A stretch of DNA of 64,000 nucleotides, taken from Patescibacteria group bacterium. Its GTDB lineage: Bacteria > Patescibacteriota > Microgenomatia > UBA10105 > UBA927. A program made the translations under genes and the position numbers. Numbering within the stretch: position 1 is the first letter of the stretch; every line of letters begins with the position of its first letter. The DNA is taken from assembly GCA_049322955.1 (NCBI GenBank), contig JBMOPU010000012.1:543199-607198 (forward strand). The letters are read 5' to 3'. Positions 8,497-17,744 of this stretch are shown piece by piece. The notes beneath the pieces are model-generated. The model saw only the letters and a list, made by a program, of their open reading frames with translations. It was not told the origin of the DNA and ran no database searches.

Positions 8497-10314
8497 ATGA
8501 AAAATATCGCAAAAATATTCAGTTTCACCGGTTCATTCCGCGGGTGGTATGCATCGATGAGTCTGTTTATCATCAGCTCCGCACTCTTAAACTTTGTTAC
8601 CCCGTTCATGCTAAAGCAAATCGTGGATGTCATCACGGCGCAAGTTGCGGGGAGCGGAGGAAGCATCGATGTTATTTACTGGGCATTATTGGGACTTCTG
8701 ATTGCCGATATTGCGGGAACCGTGCTTACGGCCTACAGCATGTGGATCGGGGACTTGTTGGCCGTCAAGTTGCAGACATTTCTTTCCGCAAAATTTTATC
8801 AGCACGTGCTTTCCCTGGATGTCGGCTATTTTGACAATATCGCCGTCGGAAACCTCACCAACAAATTATATCGGGGGATCGCAAGTATCACGAATTTCAT
8901 ACAGAATGCCACCAATAATTTTCTGCCGTTCTTTCTCACGGCGTTTATTACCATCGGTATATTGCTATTCTATTCGCCGGTCGTGGCGATTCTTCTGACA
9001 CTGCTGTTTCCAATCTATACGATTATTACACACAAATCATCGATCGCCTGGGGAAAACACGAAGGCGAAAAAAATCGGATTGCCGACATGTCGCAGGGAC
9101 GGGCACTGGAAAGTTTAAGCGGCATACGGGTGGTAAAGGCGTTTGTAGGAGAAATGCTGGAATACCTGACATTTAGTAAAGCACGCGGATCGATTGAAGA
9201 AATAACGAACCGTCAGTCGAAGGAATGGCATATCTATGACTTCTATCGGCGGATAGTTTTAAATGTCGTATTGTTTGTCATAGTCTCATATATTCTGTAC
9301 CAGACATACCATCGTGTCTATACGCTTGGGGAAATGACGCTTATGTTGCAGTTGGTCAATCAGGCGCGATTTCCGTTGTTTGCCATGTCGTTTATCATCG
9401 GGCAAATTCAGCAAGCCGATGCGGGGAGTAAGGATTTCTTTGAAGTATTGGAAACAAAACAAAAAATCACCGATAAAAAAGGCGCAAAGGACTTGGCCTG
9501 GCCGAAAAAAACGTCAAATCGTACACACGCATTGGAGTTTGATGCCGTCTCATTTGCCTACGAAAACAATCCTGAGGATGTGTTAAAGGAGATCTCATTT
9601 TCCCTACGGCACGGGGAAAAACTGGCCCTCGTCGGGGAAAGCGGGCAAGGGAAATCAACGCTCGTCAACTTGTTACTCCGGTATTATGTGCCGCGCAAGG
9701 GACATATCCGTATTGCGGAAAAGGATATCGCAGATCTGACGAGCGCGTCGCTACGGAACCATATCTCCATCGTTTTTCAGGACGCGCTATTGTTCTCGGG
9801 CACGATTGCGGAAAATATTCTCTACGGGAGCCCGAACGCGACCCAAAAGGATATGTATGAGGCGGCAAAACTCGCCAATGCGACAGAGTTTATTGACAAT
9901 TTGGCCGAAGGGTTTGATACGATGATCGGAGAACGGGGTATCAAATTGTCCGGCGGGCAAAAACAGCGGATCGCCATCGCCCGTGCCATTTTACATGATG
10001 CGCCGTTTGTCATCCTTGATGAAGCAACCAGCGCGTTAGACAGTAAATCAGAGTTGTTGGTACAACAGGGATTAACGCATCTTACCCGGGGAAAAACAAC
10101 GATTATCATCGCCCACAGGCTTTCTACCCTGTCGGGAGTCGATAAGGTGCTCGTGCTTCAGGGCGGCAGGGTGGCGCAGTTCGGTTCACCGAAAACGCTT
10201 CTTGCCGATGAAAAAGGACTGTACGCTCGTATGATCAATCTCCAAAAAACGCTCCTCGGGGCAACCGAGGAAGAGCGCATGAAAGCGCTTCAACAATACG
10301 ATTTGGTCGGATAA
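8497..10314 (+). CDS. ABC exporter, fused permease/ATP-binding protein (MsbA/lipid-multidrug exporter type)
   Basis: Six TM segments followed by an NBD with Walker A GESGQGKST, signature LSGGQKQR, Walker B ILDEATSALD. Confidence 0.9.
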   Translation: MKNIAKIFSFTGSFRGWYASMSLFIISSALLNFVTPFMLKQIVDVITAQVAGSGGSIDVIYWALLGLLIADIAGTVLTAYSMWIGDLLAVKLQTFLSAKFYQHVLSLDVGYFDNIAVGNLTNKLYRGIASITNFIQNATNNFLPFFLTAFITIGILLFYSPVVAILLTLLFPIYTIITHKSSIAWGKHEGEKNRIADMSQGRALESLSGIRVVKAFVGEMLEYLTFSKARGSIEEITNRQSKEWHIYDFYRRIVLNVVLFVIVSYILYQTYHRVYTLGEMTLMLQLVNQARFPLFAMSFIIGQIQQADAGSKDFFEVLETKQKITDKKGAKDLAWPKKTSNRTHALEFDAVSFAYENNPEDVLKEISFSLRHGEKLALVGESGQGKSTLVNLLLRYYVPRKGHIRIAEKDIADLTSASLRNHISIVFQDALLFSGTIAENILYGSPNATQKDMYEAAKLANATEFIDNLAEGFDTMIGERGIKLSGGQKQRIAIARAILHDAPFVILDEATSALDSKSELLVQQGLTHLTRGKTTIIIAHRLSTLSGVDKVLVLQGGRVAQFGSPKTLLADEKGLYARMINLQKTLLGATEEERMKALQQYDLVG

Positions 10315-10317
10315 CGG

Positions 10318-11352
10318 ATGAAACGCACAGTCATCGTATTTCTGGGGTTCCTCATTTTTATCGCCGTCGCGGCGGGTATTCCCAGAGGGAACGGTTCCCG
10401 ATCATTTTTACCCGTTCCGTCCACCGGACTTTTTTCGCCCACCCCGACCCCATTTCCGTTTGTCGAAATGACCGTGCCGTATCTTCGCGGTCGAGGGTAT
10501 GACAGTGCGTTAGGCGAGCAAACAAAAGTTTCCGAAACGACTACCTATACTTCATATACGACGAGTTATATCTCGGACGGACTTCGTATCAACGGATTGC
10601 TCACGGTACCGAAAGGGGAGTCTCCGGATGGCGGATGGCCTGCAATCGTATTCGTGCACGGGTATATCCCGCCCGCCCAATACAGAACCACCGAAAATTA
10701 CGTTTCCTATGTGGATTATCTCGCGCGAAACGGGTTTGTCGTATTCAAAATAGATCTTCGCGGTCACGACAAATCCGAAGGAGAACCCGGAGGCGCATAC
10801 TATTCATCAGACTATGTGATCGATACGCTCAATGCCAGAGCGGCACTGGAAAAGGCTTCGTTTGTAAATAAAAAGAAGGTCGGCTTGTGGGGGCATAGCA
10901 TGGCGGGAAACGTGACGATGCGCGCTTTTGTCTCCGAGCCGGATATTCCTGCCGTAGTTATCTGGGCGGGAGCCGGCTATACCTACACCGATCTTGCGAC
11001 CTATCGGATATCGGATACCAGTTATCGGCCGCCGGAAGTTGCTTCCAACAGACAACGCCGACGTGATGAGTTACGCGCCCAATACGGGGAATTCTCCGCC
11101 GAACACCCGTTTTGGAAACAGGTTGCGGTAACCGAGTACCTCAAGGATATAACCGGAGCGCTAAACATTCACCATGCGGTTGATGATGCGGTGGTCAGCA
11201 TCGAGTACAGCAGAAACCTCATGAAACTTCTGGATGCCACAACAGTTGAACATGCGCTCTACGAATATCCCGGCGGGGGACACAACATAAGCGGCGCGTA
11301 TTTTACGACCGCGATGCAACGCACCGTCGAATTCTTCAAACGACATCTTTAA
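10318..11352 (+). CDS. Alpha/beta hydrolase (dienelactone hydrolase / S9-peptidase-like), secreted or membrane-anchored
   Basis: N-terminal signal/TM helix, nucleophile elbow GHSMAG, C-terminal catalytic HH.D region. Start is 3 nt after the ABC transporter stop. Confidence 0.6.
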   Translation: MKRTVIVFLGFLIFIAVAAGIPRGNGSRSFLPVPSTGLFSPTPTPFPFVEMTVPYLRGRGYDSALGEQTKVSETTTYTSYTTSYISDGLRINGLLTVPKGESPDGGWPAIVFVHGYIPPAQYRTTENYVSYVDYLARNGFVVFKIDLRGHDKSEGEPGGAYYSSDYVIDTLNARAALEKASFVNKKKVGLWGHSMAGNVTMRAFVSEPDIPAVVIWAGAGYTYTDLATYRISDTSYRPPEVASNRQRRRDELRAQYGEFSAEHPFWKQVAVTEYLKDITGALNIHHAVDDAVVSIEYSRNLMKLLDATTVEHALYEYPGGGHNISGAYFTTAMQRTVEFFKRHL

Positions 11353-11750
11353 GTATTCATTTCAATAACGGGCGGGAGTGTCGTGCCCTGCGGAATAAAC
11401 CGCAATGACAGGGAGTTGACGCAGTGTCGGGTATTTTTGAGGGTAAAGCGCTCTCCGATAAAGACATGTCCTAAATGTCCGTCACATGTATTACAGCGGA
11501 TTTCCACTCTTCTGCCGTCGGGATCCGGAAGACGCCGTACCGCATCGGGATACGTATCATCAAAGGCAGGCCACCCGCACCCCGCGTCAAACTTCGCCTT
11601 GGCGCTGTATAACGGTGCGTTACAGCGCCTGCATATATACGTGCCCTCCTTAAAAAAAGCGTCGTACTCGCCGCTTCCCGGCGGTTCGGTACCGCGATTG
11701 ACGATGACGGAGGCTTCTTCATCGGTTAAGGGATTGTACGCGGGGGACAT
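11349..11750 (-). CDS. msrB: Peptide-methionine (R)-S-oxide reductase MsrB
   Basis: GTEPPGSGEY, two CxxC pairs (CRRCNAPLY ... CNTCDGHLGHVF), catalytic RHCVNS motif. 3' end overlaps the convergent hydrolase gene by 4 nt. Confidence 0.9.
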   Translation of the reverse strand: MSPAYNPLTDEEASVIVNRGTEPPGSGEYDAFFKEGTYICRRCNAPLYSAKAKFDAGCGWPAFDDTYPDAVRRLPDPDGRRVEIRCNTCDGHLGHVFIGERFTLKNTRHCVNSLSLRFIPQGTTLPPVIEMNT

Positions 11751-11757
11751 GTCGTTA

Positions 11758-12396
11758 TTATACCGTACTTTTTTTCACGATTGCCCGGTTGATGAGAACG
11801 AACCAAAGCAGGACGGGCAGTGCGATTGCCTTCTGAAAAATACCGCGATATTCAAGGAATACCCCCATAAAATAAAACACAAACCACACAATGCTCCCCG
11901 CAAGCGCCGTAAATCCCGCCACAAGGGTCACGGGCGCATACGGGGCAAGATGCTTTTCTTTGCGAAATACCGCCGCCAGCTTGGTGATTCCGAGAGGAGA
12001 GAGTAGGAGAAACAGCATGACCGCACTGATATGGACTAAACCCGTCGGTGTAAGAAGGGTATAGTCAAGCGGGACGTTTTCAATAGGATCGGTGGGAATA
12101 AACGCGGCGATGATAAGAAAAAAACTGCACAATCGGAAGATTATACGGATGACCGCATCTTCCTGCGGTTGTTTCACTAGAAGCCGCGTCAGATGAATAC
12201 CGGTCACATATATGCCCGCGGCAAGTTGGAGAAAGTTTATGCTTTGTATCCATCCGTATCGTTCGATGGCAAGCCGGCTTATCGTGTGATTAAGGTGGTT
12301 ATACCCCGGGGTAATACTCCCCAAAAAGAATACGATGATGACAAAGAGTATCGGGCTGAAACGGGCAAGCCTCATCGGGATCATAGGTGTTCTCAC
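11758..12396 (-). CDS. Polytopic membrane protein (DUF998-like)
   Basis: Six predicted TM helices, 212 aa. Start overlaps the stop of the upstream bactofilin-like gene by 4 nt. Confidence 0.45.
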   Translation of the reverse strand: MRTPMIPMRLARFSPILFVIIVFFLGSITPGYNHLNHTISRLAIERYGWIQSINFLQLAAGIYVTGIHLTRLLVKQPQEDAVIRIIFRLCSFFLIIAAFIPTDPIENVPLDYTLLTPTGLVHISAVMLFLLLSPLGITKLAAVFRKEKHLAPYAPVTLVAGFTALAGSIVWFVFYFMGVFLEYRGIFQKAIALPVLLWFVLINRAIVKKSTV

Positions 12397-13577
12397 ACGA
12401 GGTGTTTCGATCGCATCTGCCGGTACACATCCTGCTTTTCAAACAGAACGGCTCCGGTGCCGATAAGGACAAGAATGCCTTTGGCAAGCCATCCGAGGAT
12501 CGGAATAACGCTTACGATGCCAACAAGAATCATACCCGTCAAAAGTTGCCACGCGTTGTGCACACCTGTTGCGTTAAATCCCCGGAAAACACTTCTTCCG
12601 ACGAAAAGAGCGGCATAAATATGCCCCACGAAACAGAGGAGACCCAACACCGTGAAGAGAAAAATGCCGAGTGGAATACCGACGACCGTGAACAATGATG
12701 TTACCCCAAGGATGGGAAGCCCGATAACCGCCACGACACCGAGCCCGAATGATCCCCAGCCGTTTTTTCGCATCATATTTACCGTTTTTTCACTCAATGC
12801 CGGCATGAGCCACAATATGATAAGCCCGGCAATATACATGGCGACAAATCCCAAGGCAACGAGAATTGCCCCGATGGCGGAAACCGCCCCCACAAATCCC
12901 TTTGCCGTAGACGTTGCCACCTGAGACGCTTTTGCTTCGTCATCTTTTACCTCGTGAAAGATCATTTCTCCGGACAAGGTAACGTTATCCGCAACGACCG
13001 CCTCTTTCTGACTCCAGTATGTTATGTCTCCGGCAATTTTTGTCTTAGGTTGCAGGGCAATAGCTTCAGCGGCTAAGAGCACGTTGCCGCCGATAGTGGC
13101 GTTTGAAGTAAGTGTGCCGACCCCTGCGGTAAGTCCCTTTGCCAACGGACCGTAGAGATCAAGGGTGCCTGCTCCCGCAACCATACTGCCGCCCATTTTT
13201 GCCTGTGGGCTTACCATCACCGATCCCGCGCCGATCGTCACATTGCCGCCGACCGTATTCGTGAACGTGACCGTACCTCCGAGCGCGCGGACGTCATTTT
13301 TGACGGGACCTTCAATGCGGACCGTTCCGCCGGCGACCAACAAATCTCCGTTTATCGTGCCGTCAACGGTCACGACACCTCCCGCGACATACGCATCGCC
13401 GTTAACGGTTCCCGACAGATGTACCGAATCACCGGCGGCAAAATAATCGCCGTCGACGGTTTGCGCCTTTTCGAGAATGACATTGACGGGGGCATCTTTT
13501 CCCTTGGCGAGGGTCACCGGGACAAAAAATGACAAGGAAAGCAACATGAGGACAAATAGTTTCGCCAATAATTTCAT
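12393..13577 (-). CDS. Signal-peptide protein with bactofilin-like (polymer-forming cytoskeletal / beta-helix) repeats fused to a C-terminal multi-pass membrane domain
   Basis: Start set at MKLLAKLFVLMLLSLSFFVPVTLA (signal peptide). The ORF-track start 150 nt upstream lacks an RBS in good position. Repeats GDAYVAGGVVTVDGTINGDLLVAGGTVRIEG are typical of the bactofilin/DUF583 beta-helix. The last ~170 aa contain 4-5 TM helices. Confidence 0.5.
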   Translation of the reverse strand: MKLLAKLFVLMLLSLSFFVPVTLAKGKDAPVNVILEKAQTVDGDYFAAGDSVHLSGTVNGDAYVAGGVVTVDGTINGDLLVAGGTVRIEGPVKNDVRALGGTVTFTNTVGGNVTIGAGSVMVSPQAKMGGSMVAGAGTLDLYGPLAKGLTAGVGTLTSNATIGGNVLLAAEAIALQPKTKIAGDITYWSQKEAVVADNVTLSGEMIFHEVKDDEAKASQVATSTAKGFVGAVSAIGAILVALGFVAMYIAGLIILWLMPALSEKTVNMMRKNGWGSFGLGVVAVIGLPILGVTSLFTVVGIPLGIFLFTVLGLLCFVGHIYAALFVGRSVFRGFNATGVHNAWQLLTGMILVGIVSVIPILGWLAKGILVLIGTGAVLFEKQDVYRQMRSKHLV

Positions 13578-13879
13578 AGAATACATCTCCCTCTGAAAAC
13601 ACAATACATCCGATAGAGGTGCATGTAAATACGCACTGGGAGTTACGGGGTATAGCCGCAGGGAAGGGCGGGGGGAGTGCCGGAAGGATTCCCGTGGCGT
13701 GCCCATGAGCCGTTCACACAGACCCATGTATCTTCATTGCCGCCGATAAGGAATCGAACAACCAAACCTACAAATGCCGTGATAAGGATGATGCCTGCCG
13801 CCTTGATCCATCCGGTTCCCATAGCCGTATTATAAACCCGCAGGACAAGCGAAGCGGATATTTTGATACAATCGCATGC

Positions 13880-14863
13880 ATGGTGTGGCAAGGATTACCG
13901 CGTCCGTTTCTCGTCTTAGCACCCCTTGAAGGGGTGGCCGATACCGTATTTCGGCGGATTGTGATGTCGTGTTCGCGTCCCGATGTGTTTTTTACCGAAT
14001 TTACGAGCGCCGACGGCTTTTGTTCGCCGGGGAAAAAAGCGGTGATGGATAATTTTGTCTATGTACCGGAAGAACAACCGCTGATTGCCCAAATCTGGGG
14101 CAAAAACCCCGATACGATTAGGGAGACAGCCCGTGAAGCCGCGCTTTTGGGCTTTGCCGGGGTTGATATCAACATGGGGTGTCCCGACCGGACCGTCATG
14201 GCGCACGGCGGCGGCGGCGCCATGATCACGACACCCGAAATCGCCGCTTCCGTCATTGCCGCGGCAAAGGAAGGCATCCGTGCCTCAGGGAAGCAAATTC
14301 CAATGAGCGTGAAAACGAGAATCGGCAACAAACGCATCATCACGGAAGAATGGATTCGTTTTTTGCTGGATCAGGATCTTGCGGCATTGACCATTCACGG
14401 AAGAACGGTTGCAGAACTGTCCAAAGTTCCCGCGCATTGGGATGAAATCGGTAAAGCCGTGGCAATACGCGATTCCCTGGGTATTAAAACAACTATCATC
14501 GGCAACGGCGACGTCAAGGATGCCAAAGATGCGTTTGAAAAACATGGACAATACGGCGTTGACGGCGTAATGATCGGACGGGGTATTTTTCAAAACCCGT
14601 GGGCGTTTGATCGCTCGCCTCATCCCCATGTCGGCACTCCTGCTGAACTTATCGACGTTATGGAACGGCATATCAATTTATTTACCGATGTCTGGCGGGG
14701 AAAAAAGAATTACGCGATACTCAAGAAGTTTTATAAAATTTATATAAACGGTTTTCACAATGCGACCGACTGGAGGGTAGAGGCTATGGCAACCCAAACT
14801 CCCGAACAGGCACTGGCGCTAATAGCCCGTCTTCGTGATTCGGATGATCTGGCCTCCGGATAA
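13880..14863 (+). CDS. dus: tRNA-dihydrouridine synthase
   Basis: TIM-barrel Dus motifs LAPLEGVADTVFR, DINMGCP, LTIHGRT, FMN-binding region. Confidence 0.9.
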   Translation: MVWQGLPRPFLVLAPLEGVADTVFRRIVMSCSRPDVFFTEFTSADGFCSPGKKAVMDNFVYVPEEQPLIAQIWGKNPDTIRETAREAALLGFAGVDINMGCPDRTVMAHGGGGAMITTPEIAASVIAAAKEGIRASGKQIPMSVKTRIGNKRIITEEWIRFLLDQDLAALTIHGRTVAELSKVPAHWDEIGKAVAIRDSLGIKTTIIGNGDVKDAKDAFEKHGQYGVDGVMIGRGIFQNPWAFDRSPHPHVGTPAELIDVMERHINLFTDVWRGKKNYAILKKFYKIYINGFHNATDWRVEAMATQTPEQALALIARLRDSDDLASG

Positions 14864-14904
14864 CACGAATCATTTTTTGCGGTATCGGATGTTACAATGG
14901 TTTT

Positions 14905-15615
14905 ATGGGGAAGACGATATTTCAGCAATATATCGGAGCGATACTCTTCGGAGGAGTGATCGGGACAATTATTTATTTCGGGCAGATAGCGGGAGGGGAA
15001 TCGGCACTTTCATCGGTAAATATCAGTCTTGCCGCAACGACCCTTTTTCTCTTGGGGACCGTGTTGTTGCTTGGTCCGTTGTCGCGTCTTTTTACCGTCT
15101 TCGATTGGGCACTAAAATTTCGTAAGGAATTGGGGATCGTCAGTTTCTTTACGGCACTGCTTCACGTGTATATGGTCATGTTTCCGCTCGCAAGAAACGG
15201 ACCCTGGGGACTTTATGTTTCGCGGCCGTGGTCGGCGTATCCTGGGCTTGAGGCATTGATCATTTTGTTTGTCCTCCTGCTTCTGTCATGGAACTTCACC
15301 ATGCATGTCCTGGGAACAAAACTGTGGTGGCAAATCCAATATTGGGGCGCAAGGATAGCCTTTATGCTTATTGCCGTACATATGGTGGTGTTAAAATATA
15401 AAACGATTGTTTCCTGGGTGATTCCCGGTCAGGCGGAAGCGGCAACCGCGGGGGTGCACTTTCCGCCGCTTATCATTTGGGAAGCGCAGTTTGTGCTGTT
15501 TATCCTGGTCGTGCGATTATCCGAACTCTTCGGTAAGGATGCGGCTCGACGAATCACCCAAGGCATCGCATTGATTATCGTTACCACCATGCTGTGGTGG
15601 ATATTTCTTCGGTAA
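14905..15615 (+). CDS. Ferric-reductase-like transmembrane domain protein (YedZ/MsrQ-family-like heme-binding membrane protein)
   Basis: Six TM helices with His residues inside TM3 (LLHVYMVMFP) and TM5 (IAVHMVVL) as in Ferric_reduct/MsrQ proteins; 236 aa. Confidence 0.4.
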   Translation: MGKTIFQQYIGAILFGGVIGTIIYFGQIAGGESALSSVNISLAATTLFLLGTVLLLGPLSRLFTVFDWALKFRKELGIVSFFTALLHVYMVMFPLARNGPWGLYVSRPWSAYPGLEALIILFVLLLLSWNFTMHVLGTKLWWQIQYWGARIAFMLIAVHMVVLKYKTIVSWVIPGQAEAATAGVHFPPLIIWEAQFVLFILVVRLSELFGKDAARRITQGIALIIVTTMLWWIFLR

Positions 15616-15690
15616 GCGATACCGACACTCAGCGAAAGATTTCCCCCGATGAAGCATGTACGGTGCATGCACGTGAGCGGTTATGTCGGG

Positions 15691-15942
15691 TTATATCCCG
15701 AGGATTTCGAAGCGTTTGTTTTTTGATTTGTGCCCCGATATGAGGGTGACGGCGGACTTTTTTACCTTGTAATAGTCGGCAAGCGCTTCGATTGCCGCAA
15801 TATTTGCCCTTCCCTCGAGCGGCGGGGCATTGACGTAGATATGGAGCATGCCGGTGAGGTCTTCTTCTACCCTCGGCCGCTTCGCGTTGGGGTGGGTGAT
15901 GGCGACAATCTGCATACGCTGATTGTACGTCAAATGGCACAA
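15691..15942 (-). CDS. DUF167 (YggU/UPF0235) family protein
   Basis: Conserved VNAPPLEGRANIAAIEALA ... ISGHKSKNKRFEI matches the DUF167 consensus (V.A.P.dGkAN..l...La). The ORF-track start codon is TTG; an in-frame ATG (MQIVAI) at 15915 is an alternative start. Confidence 0.6.
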   Translation of the reverse strand: MCHLTYNQRMQIVAITHPNAKRPRVEEDLTGMLHIYVNAPPLEGRANIAAIEALADYYKVKKSAVTLISGHKSKNKRFEILGI

Positions 15943-15971
15943 AAGCGCGTATTCCTCTATACTATGGCGCT

Positions 15972-16343
15972 ATGAGACGTGATATTGAACAGGAGTGGAA
16001 GAGTCGATTGATGCCTGAAGCGAGGGAAATCTACAACACGCTTCCTCGGGCATCGGGAAGTACATTGGTGCGTATGGTGACGGCACAGTTTGTCACGGAA
16101 CGGGCGGTTTTTTGCGACCAGGGAGGGCAGTATAGTTTGCGGACGGATAAAGGGTATGCCCTAGAGCCGCTTTCGGCGGTGGATCATTCGGATATGATGG
16201 GAGTCGATGAACATGTGTGGCGGGTATTGGAACGGACGCCGCCGCATCTCGAGAATCTCGTAAATGGCATCAACCGATGTCTTGCCGATTGTGAAGGAAA
16301 CGGCGAGTTGAAAGGGGTAGTTCAACGGCTCTTTGCCCGATGA
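15972..16343 (+). CDS. Hypothetical protein
   Basis: Complete 123-aa ORF in the gap between the DUF167 and MgtC-like genes; no recognisable motif. Confidence 0.3.
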   Translation: MRRDIEQEWKSRLMPEAREIYNTLPRASGSTLVRMVTAQFVTERAVFCDQGGQYSLRTDKGYALEPLSAVDHSDMMGVDEHVWRVLERTPPHLENLVNGINRCLADCEGNGELKGVVQRLFAR

Positions 16344-16350
16344 AGGATGG

Positions 16351-17676
16351 TTATTTGACCCCGAGGATACTTACCACACTCACGACGATGATGATTGTCA
16401 TGGCTACCGCAAACCCGCGGAAAAACGCAGATGATCCGTTGGTTTTGGCATAAAAGATTTTCATTCCCAGGTTGACGGTGTTAGCGACGGCAATTGCCCC
16501 TATCGCGTTACTATAACTTAACGATTTGCCCGCCATGTCGGCAATCGTTATCACCACGGCATCCATACCGGCCACCGCCCCGATGGCGCTTGTGAGGATG
16601 ACGCCGCTTTCGCCGAATAGCTGGCGGGCAAGCTGTGACCCTGTGCGGATAAGACTGAAGATGACGGCAAATTTGAGTGCGGATCGGAGGGAAAAGATAC
16701 TCGTTGCGGCTTTGGTTTCAGTCGTCGTATGCGTCGAACGGAAGTGAAGAACCGTACTCACGATGATTCCGGTTATTAGAAGCGCCATAAAAAATAGCGA
16801 TCCGCTCGTAAAGAGCGCCGCATTGATGGGGAGTACTAACAGCATGATCTGGACAAAACTTGCGGTATTGGATAAAACCGCCGCGGTGACAAGCGCCGTT
16901 GCATCCGCCATTTTCTTGCTCCGCTGGGCAAGGGCAAGGGTAGCCGCAGTGGAGGATATAAATCCGCCGCTAATTGCCGCCATGATCCAGCCCTTTTTGC
17001 CGCCTAATAGTTTTTGGAGTCCGTAGCCCAAGAGATCAATACCCGTGATAAGCGTGACGACGAGCCACAATCGGTACGGGTTGATGAGTTCGATGGATGC
17101 AAAGCGATCAAGCGGTGCGTTGTAAGCAGACGCAAGTTGGTTCACCAAGGCGAGGTCACCCACGCGTATCCAAGTGTTGGGGAGGAACGGCAGGATCACG
17201 AGCGCGATGATGCCATATAAGACAAACGCATTGGTCTCAAACATATGAAGCGAGCGCACCACGGATTTGATTTCCTGTTTGCGGGAGAGGAGAAACGTGA
17301 TGACAAAGGTCGCGGCGAAAACAAGGGCGATCGGGAATTGGGGGAAGAAAAGGAGCGCCCCCATAAAGAATACGGCGATAGCGCCGATTTCCGAGGTGGG
17401 ACCGTGATCGCGGGTGCGAATGCTCGACATAATATAGTAAGAAACAAGCATACTGCCCGTGAGTGCGGCGACTACCACACCGAGCGGATTGCCTGCTACG
17501 GTGAGATAGCCGCAGATGCCACCCAAAAATGAGAGCAGTGCATAGGAGCGAAGCCCCATGGAGGTTTCGCGTTTCACCCGTGATCCTTTTTCATCGTGCT
17601 GGTATTCGCGCTCAAGCCCCACGATGGCGCCCACGAGGAAGCTCAACCCAAACCGTAACAGAAGATCATTATTCAT
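16351..17676 (-). CDS. MgtC/SapB-family membrane protein with DUF4010-like C-terminal membrane domain
   Basis: N-terminus FLVGAIVGLEREYQHDEKGS is the MgtC signature (GxEREx). About 10 TM helices, 441 aa. Confidence 0.6.
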   Translation of the reverse strand: MNNDLLLRFGLSFLVGAIVGLEREYQHDEKGSRVKRETSMGLRSYALLSFLGGICGYLTVAGNPLGVVVAALTGSMLVSYYIMSSIRTRDHGPTSEIGAIAVFFMGALLFFPQFPIALVFAATFVITFLLSRKQEIKSVVRSLHMFETNAFVLYGIIALVILPFLPNTWIRVGDLALVNQLASAYNAPLDRFASIELINPYRLWLVVTLITGIDLLGYGLQKLLGGKKGWIMAAISGGFISSTAATLALAQRSKKMADATALVTAAVLSNTASFVQIMLLVLPINAALFTSGSLFFMALLITGIIVSTVLHFRSTHTTTETKAATSIFSLRSALKFAVIFSLIRTGSQLARQLFGESGVILTSAIGAVAGMDAVVITIADMAGKSLSYSNAIGAIAVANTVNLGMKIFYAKTNGSSAFFRGFAVAMTIIIVVSVVSILGVK

Positions 17677-17744
17677 AGCCTATAGCTATTATAGCGGAAG
17701 CGGGGTGTAGGGTAAATAGGGCGTCAGGGAGGGATGAATAGTTG

